IMG/VR virus record: IMGVR_UViG_3300029288_000066
Coordinates: 164,887 to 228,886 of that record
Direction: 5' to 3' (one strand)
Length of the DNA: 64,000 nt
Origin: a virus
Taxonomy: Duplodnaviria; Caudoviricetes
Below the pieces are notes generated by a model. That model ran no database searches, was not told the origin of the DNA, and saw nothing but the letters and a program-made list of their open reading frames with translations. This document shows positions 1 through 9,782 of this stretch, piece after piece. The position numbers and the translations under genes were made by a program. The first letter of the stretch is position 1, and each line of letters opens with the position of its first letter.

Positions 1-1857
1 CTAGCTTTTTTAGCACTCAACGTACTTTCTGTATTTTCTCAAGGTATAGACTGTGCAAGTTCTGACCCCTTCTGCACGGGAACTTCTTATAATTTTCCTG
101 CAAGCACCAATGTAGCCGATATGGGCACTGTCGGCTGCTTATATACCACGCCAAACCCCGCATTCTATTATTTACAGATAGACCAGTCTGGTTCCATTGA
201 CATTACGATGCAGAGCACCCCGCTTGTTGATATTGACTTTATTTGTTGGGGTCCTTTCCCAAGCTTGGTTGCAGCATGCGCCTCTAATTTAATGACAAAT
301 TCTGGAGTTGATTGTAGTTATTCAACTGCGGCTACTGAAATATGTAATATTCCAAATGCAATATCTGGAGAGGTATATATATTGTTAATTACCAACTATT
401 CAAATACTGTATGTAACATAGACTTTTCACAAACAGGAGGAACTGGAACCACAGACTGCAGCATTATGTGTTCTAGTCTTTCAAATAATGGTCCTCTTTG
501 TGTTGGACAAACTTTAAATCTCACATCTACCACAGTTTCAGGAGCAACATATGCATGGACAGGTCCTAATGGGTTCACATCTAATCTTCAAAATCCAACC
601 ATATCTTCAGTTGTGGCTGCAAACGCAGGTGTTTATTCTTGTATTGTAACGGTAAATGGAAATTCTAGCCAACCTTGTACAACAACGGTTGTGGTCAATT
701 TGCCTCCCCTTGTAACAGTTAACAGCCCAACAATTTGCGAAGGAGATGATACCGCTTTAACCGCAGGTGGAGCTTCAACATATGTTTGGAGTACTGGAGC
801 GGTAATAAATCCTATAACAGTAAATCCACCATCATCAACTTCTTATACAGTTATTGGTACTGATGCAAATGGATGTAAAGACACCACTATTAGTAATGTC
901 ACGGTTAATCCGAATCCAATTGTAACTGTTAATAGTGCCACAATATGCCAGGGAGAAACACAAATAATAACTGCGAACGGAGCAATATCATACGTATGGG
1001 ACAATGGTCAAAATATTAATCCTATAAGTGTAACACCAAACACAACTACATCATATACTGTTACTGGAACATCACTTGGTTGTACAGGAACAGCTGTTTC
1101 AACAATTACAGTCAATCCAAACCCAATAGTAGATATTAACGATACAACAACTTGTTCTGGAATACCAGTTATTCTTACCGCAACTGGCGGAGACACGTAT
1201 GAATGGAGTAATGGAAGTCTGTCAAATCAAATATCCGTTAATCCACAATCAACATCTACATACACAGTAACTGCAACCATGAATGGGTGTACTGGAACCG
1301 CAATAGGAACAGTCACAATTAATGCAACTCCAACAGCTGAGTTTACTGTATATCCAAGCAACATCATACTTAATCAAGGAACATTTGAATTTACAGATGT
1401 ATCATTAAATGCAAGCACATGGAGTTGGGATTTTGGAAATGGACAGGTTTCGAATCAGCAATCTCCTTCTTATGGGGGATATACATCCGAGGGAAGCTAT
1501 CTTGTTTCATTAACTGTTACAAACGGAATATGTTCTGATAGTATTGAGCATATGGTTTATGTTGGGGATGTTTATTATTTTTGGGTGCCAAATACGTTCA
1601 CCCCAAATGGAGACGGACACAACGATGTATTTATACCGACGGCATACAATATTGACCTTAACCAATTCTCTATGACAATATACAACAGATGGGGAGAAGA
1701 GCTCTATAAAACATGTGACATAAGCAAACCGTGGGATGGGAAAAACTTGAAGACAAACTTGGTTTATCCACAGGGAGTTTACTGTTATATTATTTATTTT
1801 GTCGGAAATGATAACAAGAAACATATCGTTGACGGAAGGATAACTTTGTTACAATAA
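1..1857 (+). CDS. T9SS type-B sorting (gliding-motility C-terminal) domain protein with Ig/PKD repeats; 5' end outside window
   Basis: Frame is open from base 1. C-terminus has VPNTFTPNGDGHND...IYNRWGE; PKD motif WSWDFGNG; repeated ICxG..LTAxG..YxW units. Confidence 0.85.
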   Translation, partial: LAFLALNVLSVFSQGIDCASSDPFCTGTSYNFPASTNVADMGTVGCLYTTPNPAFYYLQIDQSGSIDITMQSTPLVDIDFICWGPFPSLVAACASNLMTNSGVDCSYSTAATEICNIPNAISGEVYILLITNYSNTVCNIDFSQTGGTGTTDCSIMCSSLSNNGPLCVGQTLNLTSTTVSGATYAWTGPNGFTSNLQNPTISSVVAANAGVYSCIVTVNGNSSQPCTTTVVVNLPPLVTVNSPTICEGDDTALTAGGASTYVWSTGAVINPITVNPPSSTSYTVIGTDANGCKDTTISNVTVNPNPIVTVNSATICQGETQIITANGAISYVWDNGQNINPISVTPNTTTSYTVTGTSLGCTGTAVSTITVNPNPIVDINDTTTCSGIPVILTATGGDTYEWSNGSLSNQISVNPQSTSTYTVTATMNGCTGTAIGTVTINATPTAEFTVYPSNIILNQGTFEFTDVSLNASTWSWDFGNGQVSNQQSPSYGGYTSEGSYLVSLTVTNGICSDSIEHMVYVGDVYYFWVPNTFTPNGDGHNDVFIPTAYNIDLNQFSMTIYNRWGEELYKTCDISKPWDGKNLKTNLVYPQGVYCYIIYFVGNDNKKHIVDGRITLLQ

Positions 1858-1893
1858 ACACATTTTTATACTATTTATAGAAAATATTTTATC

Positions 1894-2901
1894 ATGGGAA
1901 ACATAAAGAATTTTATTCTAGAAGAATTAAAAAGACTTCATCAAGTAACTTTGTCAGAAATGGCTGGTTATAACTACGAAGAAAAAATGACTGATGACAA
2001 AGGAAATACTTTTTATATAGGACAGCGCCTTAAAGATAGTGAAGGAAATTCTTTTGTTATAGATGGATTTGAAAAATTCTCAAGAGACAGCATCGGAGTG
2101 GACTTAAGAGGACAAGGTGGTGGTAAAGGGGTTTCTTTGTGGGATTTAAAATATTATAAAATAGTTGAACCAAAAAAAACTATAAAAGACTTCGTTCAAG
2201 AAGAGTTGAAAAAACTTCATCAAAAAACATTATTGGAAGAAGCAAAAAAACAAATTGAGTCTGAATTGCACATTTTAAACGAAGATGCTGATTTAAGCGG
2301 AGGAGGATATCACCCAGATGCTGACAACGATTGTTTTGTAACAGACAAACCATCTGGCGGATATGATGTTGCATGCTTCGGAAAGTTTGTTGGAAATTTT
2401 GAAGAAATTACAATGGCATTGGATGCCATTAAAAAGGAAATGGAAAAAGCAAATTTATATCCAACAATATGGTTTAGTTCTGACCACGGTAATGTTTGGC
2501 CAATTGATTCGGAAGGTAATGAATTAAAAGAAACAGCTGGTATTAAAGCACTGTATAGAAACGCTGGAATGCAACCGCCTCATCCAGGAAAAGGTATTCA
2601 CACAAAGAAATTCCATAAATGTGTTACATCAGTTGGTGATGAAAAAGGGAAAAACCCTTATACTATCTGTATGGCCAGCTTGGGAAAAGATAAAGCCGTA
2701 AAAGCAGCCCATAGAACTGATGAACAAATAAATGAAGAATATAATAGGTGGAGTAATTTACAAGACCTAAAAAACAATGACGTTTTTTCAAAAGAAGACC
2801 TTAGCAGAATTTTGGATGCAATTTATCATCAAGTATACGAATCTGATTGGAACACAATACTTGATATAAAAAGATTTTTTAACGTTGCTGATGACAATTA
2901 A
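1894..2901 (+). CDS. hypothetical phage protein with repeated IKxFxxEELKxLH helix
   Basis: 335-aa ORF; CTATTTATA motif upstream; terminator downstream. Confidence 0.7.
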   Translation: MGNIKNFILEELKRLHQVTLSEMAGYNYEEKMTDDKGNTFYIGQRLKDSEGNSFVIDGFEKFSRDSIGVDLRGQGGGKGVSLWDLKYYKIVEPKKTIKDFVQEELKKLHQKTLLEEAKKQIESELHILNEDADLSGGGYHPDADNDCFVTDKPSGGYDVACFGKFVGNFEEITMALDAIKKEMEKANLYPTIWFSSDHGNVWPIDSEGNELKETAGIKALYRNAGMQPPHPGKGIHTKKFHKCVTSVGDEKGKNPYTICMASLGKDKAVKAAHRTDEQINEEYNRWSNLQDLKNNDVFSKEDLSRILDAIYHQVYESDWNTILDIKRFFNVADDN

Positions 2902-2932
2902 AAAAGCCCCACATTCTGGGGCTTTTCTTTTT
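2900..2932. terminator. bidirectional intrinsic terminator
   Basis: AAAAAAGCCCC-loop-GGGGCTTTT between convergent genes. Similar hairpins lie near 5755, 17135, 21620, 24245, 33820, 47490 and 56780. Confidence 0.75.
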
Positions 2933-3147
2933 TACGGAAGGTATTTAAAACCTTCTCCATAGAACTTCATCAGTTTTTCATTCCCTGATGCCATTTCGGC
3001 ATATCCATCCGCTTTTTTATACGCTTCTGTCTGATTGATTGCAGAGACGTAGAATTGTAGCATATCGCCGCTCGTAAGCTCGATTTCTACCAACCAATAT
3101 TTCATTGGCTGTTTCTGGTAATCTTTTTGATTTTCTAACATATTCAA
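2932..3147 (-). CDS. hypothetical protein
   Basis: 71-aa ORF ending at the terminator. Confidence 0.55.
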   Translation of the reverse strand: MNMLENQKDYQKQPMKYWLVEIELTSGDMLQFYVSAINQTEAYKKADGYAEMASGNEKLMKFYGEGFKYLP

Positions 3148-3214
3148 ATGTCATTAAGTAACATTGAATATTTTGTTAGCCAGGGCTGAATGACATATGT
3201 TTTTGGTTTATTAT

Positions 3215-3373
3215 TTAAATATTAATAGTTAATTTATTCAATTTGTTCCAGTCTACTCTTTTCCTTGCAAGAATTTCTTCCTGTTGCCTTAATATATCTT
3301 CTGTTCTTTTCTTCTGTTCGGGAGAATCAAAATCTATTTTATTAACAATAAATTTAGACAATTCTTTTTTCAT
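3215..3373 (-). CDS. small hypothetical protein (52 aa, MKKELSKF...)
   Basis: Read from the sequence; TATTTATT motif just upstream. Confidence 0.5.
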   Translation of the reverse strand: MKKELSKFIVNKIDFDSPEQKKRTEDILRQQEEILARKRVDWNKLNKLTINI

Positions 3374-3435
3374 ACTGTATATTTAATAAATATCAAAAAA
3401 AAATCCTGACTTTCTTTGAGAAATCAGGAAGTTTT

Positions 3436-4195
3436 AAAACCTTGAGTTTACAGGCTTTAGTGAGCCAACTTTCGGAGGATTATTGTTTCCCCGCCTTATC
3501 CACATGCCTTGCGACACGTACCGACTCAATCTCGACTGCTATGGGCAATCACTCCTATCGTCACAGACTACTCTACTGCTACTTTAACCACAACAAGGGC
3601 GCCCCCCTGCAATAGCCTTTCACAATAATCCGTTGAACTTTGACATCCAACGTCCCCAATTCATCTTGCGATGTCAGGGTCTGAGAGACCTGTCGTCCAT
3701 AACGCCAGCGGAACTTTTTCTTTGCTTCTATTGTTTTTAGAGAATAGAGCGGTTTTTACCCCGCACCAAAGTATGTGTTTAATTAAGGATGTGCCGCTGG
3801 AACAGCTTCGCCACTTTTGGCGACGAAATACTATACACCTTCTGCGCCCTTTTGCATCAGTACGCTTTCATCTCCGAATCCTTCCTCCATCGCTGGAAGC
3901 GAGAATCCCAAAAACAAATGGAACACGCTCTATAGTCTGCTAAACGTTGAACATTATTCCTCGGTTTTTCCTGTTACCCCTTTCGGAGCTCAATCGCCTT
4001 AACACAATTTAGACGATATTCCACTCAGCAGTTGCCCTTGCAGAACGTACTAACCTATTGTATGCTCGACTTCCTTGTGAAAGCGGCGAGTTATAAACCC
4101 CACCTTTAATCCTGGTCACCCAGTTTATTTTGCCTGCCCCTTTCGGAACAGACCTTGACAACCCGTAGGCCACCAGTGACAGCACACTGCCACAA
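3436..4195 (-). ncRNA. large structured RNA, GOLLD-like
   Basis: About 760 nt, GC-richer than its flanks, no credible ORF, many GAAA/GCAA-capped hairpins on the minus strand. TATCTTTG promoter (~4250) and boxA (~4215) upstream; terminator 3395-3430 downstream. Family assignment is from size, context and recalled 3' motifs. Confidence 0.6.
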
Positions 4196-4312
4196 ATATT
4201 TTCAATATTTTAAAGAACTTTAAATCTTGGTTACTCACCTATAATGAGCAAAGATATATAATCTAAAAACAAAAAGCAACTTTTTTCTTGTTTTTTTTTA
4301 TTTTTTTTTAAA

Positions 4313-4397
4313 AAGACGTAAACAGGCCGCTCAACCACCTACCCTTGCTTTCTTCCGAACCTGGGGGAGTTCAGTAGGAGCTGGCCTATTACGCTTT
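4313..4397 (-). ncRNA. ffs: small SRP RNA (4.5S)
   Basis: Long hairpin containing CAGGTTCGGAAGAAAGCA, matching the Ffh-binding domain IV consensus CAGGUCCGGAAGGAAGCAG. Confidence 0.8.
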
Positions 4398-4398
4398 T

Positions 4399-4536
4399 TA
4401 AGTTACATAGATACAGCTGAACCATTTTTCAGAGTCAATTTAAATGCGAAGGGCTTCCACTCTTGCGAGTCATACACAGCCTCACTTTCCTCACATACTG
4501 CATCAGGCGACTGAACCTGACCTTTTTTAATAACTT
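4399..4536 (-). ncRNA. unidentified structured RNA
   Basis: Terminal stem AAGTTAT/GTAACTT; nested stems GATGCAG/CTGTATC and ATGTGAG/TTCGCAT; hairpin ACTC-GCAA-GAGT; boxA at ~4555. Confidence 0.5.
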
Positions 4537-4681
4537 AAATTTTCAATATCTTAAAGAACTTTTGCCAATGTAAATATACAAAAAAAATTCCATTTACATA
4601 GGCTCATACGAAAAAAAATAAAAAAAGTTACGAGAATCAAATAATTTTTTCTATATTTATAAAAAAATTAGGTTCTCTATA

Positions 4682-5752
4682 ATGAAAGACAAGTTAAGGC
4701 TTTTTATCCAAGAAGACATTTCAAAAATATTTGAAGACGATTATATAAGCTCATTCGAACCTGAAGATATCCCAGAAATGCAACCAGGCGGAGTAGCACA
4801 TCAAGCATTTTTAAAAGATTTGTGGAAAGAACCATCAATGGGGAAATATAAAGACCCATCAGGAGAGGAAGTTGACAATATAATAAAAGGACTACAACAA
4901 GGAAATCTTGATTTGCCGAATGATTATGATTTGACCCAACAAGCAGAAAAGGATTTACAAAGAAAATTAAATTCACCTGAGAAAAGTGGCGCAGATACCA
5001 TAAAAGACATGGAGAAACTTGCAGGAGCTGGCTCATATAACGAATCAATCAGAAAAATAATAAGAGAACAAATAAACACACTGTTTGAAATAAATGCTGG
5101 CATTTCAAGCGATACAAGACAAATTGCCATGGCAAGAAAATTAATGGGAGATGACTCTATTATCGTTCTGAATAAATTAAAATTTGGTGAAGAACTAAGC
5201 ATGGCCGAAGAATCCGAAGCAAGAGATAAGTATTTTACAGATTATATAATTACAAAAACAAGACTTGGAAAAAGCTTAAAAAGGATAAATCCAATAAACT
5301 TATATGATTTAGAAGCCCTTTTCGAAAGAGGTGGTTATGTGTTTAACTCATATCTGTCAGCATTGGTTGAAAGATATTCAAACGTGGAACAAATAAGTAA
5401 CCTGGAAAGAAATTCTTTGCTAAACACTGGAAAATTATACACTCCAGAAAATGCAAATGATAATATAGCAAAAAAATATATTATAAAAATGTTTGTTAAC
5501 TTAGATGTTCCACAAGCTGATGACAACAAATGGACTCAGGATGACAGCATGGAAGCTTCAAAAGCATATCAAATTGCATTATCAGATGGTGAATTTAGAA
5601 ACATACTTGAACAGGTGCTCTATAGAAAAGGAATGCAAAACTCTAGACTATATAAAAAACTTAAAAGCATATCTGATGAAATCCCTGCAACACCAAGTGC
5701 ATTGCCACACCACATGAAACGATTTGCAGAACAACAGGAAAATATGTTCTAA
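4682..5752 (+). CDS. hypothetical phage protein with IRKIIRE motif
   Basis: 356-aa ORF; TATTTATA upstream. Confidence 0.7.
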   Translation: MKDKLRLFIQEDISKIFEDDYISSFEPEDIPEMQPGGVAHQAFLKDLWKEPSMGKYKDPSGEEVDNIIKGLQQGNLDLPNDYDLTQQAEKDLQRKLNSPEKSGADTIKDMEKLAGAGSYNESIRKIIREQINTLFEINAGISSDTRQIAMARKLMGDDSIIVLNKLKFGEELSMAEESEARDKYFTDYIITKTRLGKSLKRINPINLYDLEALFERGGYVFNSYLSALVERYSNVEQISNLERNSLLNTGKLYTPENANDNIAKKYIIKMFVNLDVPQADDNKWTQDDSMEASKAYQIALSDGEFRNILEQVLYRKGMQNSRLYKKLKSISDEIPATPSALPHHMKRFAEQQENMF

Positions 5753-5783
5753 CAAAAAAGCCCCCAGAATTTGGGGGCTTTTT

Positions 5784-6133
5784 TTAATGACTCATATAAG
5801 TCATATTCGAAAATTGAGCTCTTCGAATCTCTTCATTCTTATTCAAAATTAAAGAATTAAACTCTTCTATTTCCAACTCAACAATTTCATTAACCTCAAG
5901 CTCAAACATTCTTATTTTATCATCATACAATCTGTTTTATCAATTGGCTCCACAAGACACAAACTTACACCAAGCTCGCCCTTTTCCAATTTCTCTTTTA
6001 TTTGTTCAACAAACTTTAATCCCGTTTCTTTATAAAGGATTTTTGCTTTTTCATAATCTTTAATGTGCTGCTTCTGATTCTTTTTTAAAGCATCAATCAC
6101 ATCAATTGTTTTTACATTAATCTTTCTTGACAT
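5784..6133 (-). pseudogene. hypothetical phage protein, frameshifted near 5930
   Basis: EPIDKTD continues as YDDKIRMFELEVNE...MSH* in another frame, one base short. Confidence 0.55.
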
Positions 6134-6151
6134 AACTTTGTTTTTTTTGGT

Positions 6152-6838
6152 TTATAGTAATACGTATTGACTTTTTTCTGAATTCATTAATTCCATGGTT
6201 TGCTTTAATTCCCCATTTTCCATGAATACTTTTACACATTTTTCTGTTTTTGCTTCCTCAAAAGTCCCTTCAGGAAAATAGCCACATATCATAATGGCTC
6301 TTTTTTCTTTCATTAAATATTCTCCTGGATTATTCAATACATTCTTGAATCTTTCAATTAAGAGTTCTTTAACTTCACTTTGCAATTCTTCTGGATTACT
6401 AGAATTAAACTCTGGAGTAAGAAAAAGAGTTATTCCTCTTCTTGGAACAAAATCAGAACCGTAAAAAATTGGCGTTATACATGCTTCATTCTTTACAGGC
6501 TCAGTGAGGTTTTCTTTATCATATATTATCGGAGTTAAGAAAATTGAATATAGATAAACTTTGGGGCCTTTGAATTTTAAAGTATCACCCACTTTAACTG
6601 TGACGGTTTTATGCGTTTCAACTTCACCACCTTTTTCCAATTGGATAAATGGCTCGTCCAATATAACTAGATGCTTTACATTTTCAAATTCATCACATCT
6701 TAAAAGCGCTTCTTGTACTATGGGAGCTTTTAAAATATCTGGAGTTAACATATATTCTTCTGTGAATCCAAGCCCTTTTTCAGCTTTTGTACCATGTGAT
6801 ATTTCAAATAAACTTTGTAAATATTCTGACATTTTCAT
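6152..6838 (-). CDS. hypothetical protein
   Basis: 228-aa ORF. Confidence 0.7.
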   Translation of the reverse strand: MKMSEYLQSLFEISHGTKAEKGLGFTEEYMLTPDILKAPIVQEALLRCDEFENVKHLVILDEPFIQLEKGGEVETHKTVTVKVGDTLKFKGPKVYLYSIFLTPIIYDKENLTEPVKNEACITPIFYGSDFVPRRGITLFLTPEFNSSNPEELQSEVKELLIERFKNVLNNPGEYLMKEKRAIMICGYFPEGTFEEAKTEKCVKVFMENGELKQTMELMNSEKSQYVLL

Positions 6839-6968
6839 AATTACTGTTTTTTAATTTATGAAAATGTAGTAAAATAAAATAGTAAAATCAAGTTTTATTT
6901 TGGCAAATGTTTTAAGTTCGATTTGTATTATCGCTTTTTTTTGCTATATTTATAGAAAAGATGAAATT

Positions 6969-7823
6969 ATGAATAAATGTTTAAATTGCGGACAGGAAAC
7001 AAATAACAATAAGTTTTGTTCTATTAGTTGCCAACATAGATTCCAAAAAGCATCACAAATTGATAAAAGACTTGGTATGTTTTTAGACTTTACAATTAAA
7101 TGCAATAAGTGTGGAAAGGAGTTTGTAGTTAATGAACGTGAAAATTTATTTCCACAAAAAGAAAAATATTATTGTAGTAGAAGTTGTGCAAATAAAAGAA
7201 TTCATAGTGAAGAAACTAAGAAAAAGATAAGCAAAAGAATTAAAGAGCTTATAAAAGAAAATCCAGAAAAATATAGCAATGGTGGTTATAATAGCGGTTC
7301 TGAATTACAAAAAAAAAGAGAAAAAATTGTAAAAATAATTTGTAAAAAATGTTTAAAAGAATTTTGTGTGCCTTATGGTAGAAGAAATAGGCAATTTTGT
7401 TGTAAAACGTGTGCATCTAATTGGATGAAAGGTTCTTCTAAATCTCAATTAACTGGACTGTTATCAGTACAAGCACAAAAGGATATGAGAAGAAGTAAAA
7501 ATGAGATATATTTTTCTGAATTATGTAAAAATCACTTCAATAAGGTTTTAACCAACGAACCAATATTTAATGGTTGGGATGCAGATGTTATTATTGAAGA
7601 CATTAAAATGGCAGTTTTGTGGAATGGTAAGTGGCATTATGAAAAGATAACTAAAAAACACTCTGTCAAACAAGTTCAAAATAGAGATAAAATAAGAATT
7701 AAAGAAATTAAAGAATATGGATATAATTACTACATCATTAAAGATATGGGAAGACAAAATAAAAAATTTGTTGAGGATAAATTTAACACATTTATAAAAA
7801 TGTTGGGAACAAAAAATTCTTAG
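6969..7823 (+). CDS. Zn-finger plus PD-(D/E)xK/Vsr-like endonuclease (homing-type)
   Basis: Repeated CxxC...FCSxSC fingers; C-terminal DADVII...WNGKWHY...RDKIR. Confidence 0.7.
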   Translation: MNKCLNCGQETNNNKFCSISCQHRFQKASQIDKRLGMFLDFTIKCNKCGKEFVVNERENLFPQKEKYYCSRSCANKRIHSEETKKKISKRIKELIKENPEKYSNGGYNSGSELQKKREKIVKIICKKCLKEFCVPYGRRNRQFCCKTCASNWMKGSSKSQLTGLLSVQAQKDMRRSKNEIYFSELCKNHFNKVLTNEPIFNGWDADVIIEDIKMAVLWNGKWHYEKITKKHSVKQVQNRDKIRIKEIKEYGYNYYIIKDMGRQNKKFVEDKFNTFIKMLGTKNS

Positions 7824-7897
7824 TGGCGATGACGAGATTTGAACTCGTAACCTTCTCTTTATGAGAGAGATGTGCATACCAATTACACCGCATCGCT
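7824..7897 (-). tRNA. tRNA-Met/Ile2 (CAT), A1:C72 mismatch
   Basis: Cloverleaf; anticodon arm TCTCT-CTCATAA-AGAGA. Confidence 0.85.
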
Positions 7898-7910
7898 GTT
7901 TAAAAAAATA

Positions 7911-8116
7911 GTGGTGCGTGAAAGCCTCCTACTTTCATAATCTCGCTGACTTACACAGCTAGAAGGTCTCGGAATCGCACAACGAAAGTAGTTGTAGTCG
8001 AACAAATTTCACTTCTTCTGAAATGATATTCATTCTTTCGATTGTGTCAACAATCCAACTGCTCCGTTGATTCACTACTGAACCTTTAATTACAGCGGTC
8101 TTAAGCACCGCACCAC
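7911..8116 (-). ncRNA. unidentified ~205-nt structured RNA
   Basis: Terminal stem GTGGTGCG/CGCACCAC enclosing several hairpins, located between tRNAs. Confidence 0.5.
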
Positions 8117-8199
8117 TTGCCTACAAACAACTCATGCATTAGCTGTTCATGTGCCAGGGAAACACTCGCCCTTTTGCAAATAGAGTCTGTGATTCCTTT

Positions 8200-8273
8200 T
8201 GAGCGAAAGATGGGGTTCGAACCCACGGCCTGAACCTTGGCAAGGTCCCACTCTACCACTGAGCTACTTTCGC
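8200..8273 (-). tRNA. tRNA-Gly (GCC)
   Basis: Cloverleaf; GGACC-TTGCCAA-GGTTC. Confidence 0.9.
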
Positions 8274-8280
8274 ATTAAAA

Positions 8281-8437
8281 TTAGGGAATTCTCGAACTAA
8301 GCTTTTTCTTTTCCGCCCCATTTAGCCACTCTGGTACTCCTCGATTTTAATTTTCTTTGTCGAGGAGGATGGATTCGAACCACCGTAGGCTTACGCCAGC
8401 AGATTCCTTTCGAAGTATCTTAATTTGTTACCACTAA
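8281..8437 (-). ncRNA. Y-RNA-like (YrlA-type) RNA with circularly permuted tRNA-Tyr-like domain
   Basis: Shared AGTGG...ATACTTCG...TTCCCT stem. The tRNA 3' half precedes the 5' half; acceptor stem CGAGGAG/CTCCTCG is closed by an A-rich linker. Confidence 0.75.
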
Positions 8438-8444
8438 TTTTTTG

Positions 8445-8518
8445 TGGAGATGACTGGATTCCAACCAGCGACTTCTTGATTGCAGGTCAAGCGCTCTAAG
8501 CAGCTGAGCTACATCCCC
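8445..8518 (-). tRNA. tRNA-Ala (TGC), C19:G56 and C33 variant
   Basis: G3:U70; CTTGA-CCTGCAA-TCAAG. Confidence 0.8.
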
Positions 8519-8601
8519 CATTGTTTTCCTATTAACTCTTCCTGCACTAAGGTGCGCAGGTTAACAGAACTTCGGAAAAGCTTCTATACTTGTTCAGTTA
8601 G

Positions 8602-8678
8602 TCGGGCATGCAAGATTCGAACTTGCGAGTTCTCCACATCCCAAATGTGGCGGGGTGGCCTGACTCCCCAAATGCCCG
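8602..8678 (-). tRNA. tRNA-Pro (TGG)
   Basis: CCACA-TTTGGGA-TGTGG. Confidence 0.88.
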
Positions 8679-8747
8679 AATTTACAACCTTTGTTTGCAG
8701 AATAGTTTTTGAATTTTAATTTTTTAAACTATTTATAATAAAATACG

Positions 8748-9449
8748 ATGAAACCTTTATTTACAGAAGAAGAGTTCAACAATGCAAAAAGCGAAGATAA
8801 ACTTCCTTGCGAATGCTATTATTGTAAAAAACAATTTTTTCCCTATAAAAAAGCAATTAAACATGAATTAAAAAGTAATAGTGGGTGGATAAAGTTTTGT
8901 TCAATTGCATGTCATAATAGATATAAGTTCGGAGAATCTGTTTTAACAAAATGCTCTAATTGTAATAAACATATATATAAAGACCCTTCACAAATAAAAA
9001 AATCTAAAACTGGAAATATCTTTTGCTCAAAGTCTTGCGCTGCCACATATAATAACAAGCATAAAATTCATGGCACTCGTAGGTCAAAGCTTGAAATTTA
9101 TTTAGAAAAACAATTAACGCTTTTATACCCAAGTTTAGAGATTCTTTATAACAACAAAGAAACAATAAACTCTGAACTTGATATTTATATTCCTTCTTTT
9201 AAACTTGCTTTTGAACTTAATGGAATCTTTCATTACGAACCAATATTTGGTGATGAAAAACTAGGTAAAATCCAAAACAATGATGAGCGCAAATTTCAAG
9301 CTTGTTTAGAAAACCAAATTGAACTCGTTTTAATTGATGTTTCTTCTTTAGGATATTTTAAGCCTAAAAATGCTGATAAATACCTTAATATTATTATCAA
9401 CATTATAAATAAAAAATTAGGGAATTCTTTGCAGAATCTTTTTTTATAG
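8748..9449 (+). CDS. Zn-finger plus PD-(D/E)xK endonuclease (homing-type), antisense to the tRNA operon
   Basis: ELDIYIP...FELNGIFHY; paralogue of 28266..28940. Confidence 0.75.
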   Translation: MKPLFTEEEFNNAKSEDKLPCECYYCKKQFFPYKKAIKHELKSNSGWIKFCSIACHNRYKFGESVLTKCSNCNKHIYKDPSQIKKSKTGNIFCSKSCAATYNNKHKIHGTRRSKLEIYLEKQLTLLYPSLEILYNNKETINSELDIYIPSFKLAFELNGIFHYEPIFGDEKLGKIQNNDERKFQACLENQIELVLIDVSSLGYFKPKNADKYLNIIINIINKKLGNSLQNLFL

Positions 9450-9567
9450 CGTTCTAGCCATTAAACTATCCCCACAATTTTACTTTATTCTCTTTTGTGT
9501 AGGGAGCGAGATTCGAACTCACATTTCTGTCTTGGAAGGACGATGAAATTCTACGATTTGCCACTAA
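9417..9567 (-). ncRNA. Y-RNA-like RNA with permuted tRNA-Gly(TCC)-like domain
   Basis: Same terminal stem; GTC-CTTCCAA-GAC loop, T arm, acceptor GTGGGGA/TCCCTAC, D arm placed last. Confidence 0.72.
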
Positions 9568-9572
9568 TTTTG

Positions 9573-9648
9573 TCGGAGTAACTGGATTCGAACCAGCGGA
9601 AATCTTGCACCCCATGCAAGCCCATATAGCCATCTGTGGAACACCCCG
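9573..9648 (-). tRNA. tRNA-Pro (GGG)
   Basis: CTTGC-ATGGGGT-GCAAG. Confidence 0.85.
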
Positions 9649-9782
9649 ATAAAATGACCAACGTCAAGATTTTTGAGTTGCTAATGCTTTTGCTACATCA
9701 CCGTTAATGCTGCTTTGTCGACTCATCGGCAATAAGGCCGCTATTCACATTAATTCTTCCTCTCATATTAATCAGTCATTTG

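Noticed and set aside
3671-4002. ORFs 3671..3943 and 3817..4002
   Set aside because: Antisense to the large structured RNA, atypical composition, no promoter motif.
4399-4536. RNase P RNA (contains CAGTCGC...GAGGAAAGT)
   Set aside because: Too short, and the 3' strand of P4 is missing.
7911-8116. tmRNA
   Set aside because: No tRNA-Ala-like ends, T arm or tag reading frame.
8118-8195. HDV-like (theta) ribozyme after tRNA-Gly
   Set aside because: A P3/L3-like hairpin and GCTAA are present, but I could not build P1 and P2 in the required order.
8281-9567. Broken tRNA pseudogenes or intron-split tRNAs
   Set aside because: The halves are in permuted order, keep full acceptor pairing and are framed by the same stem found beside rsr.
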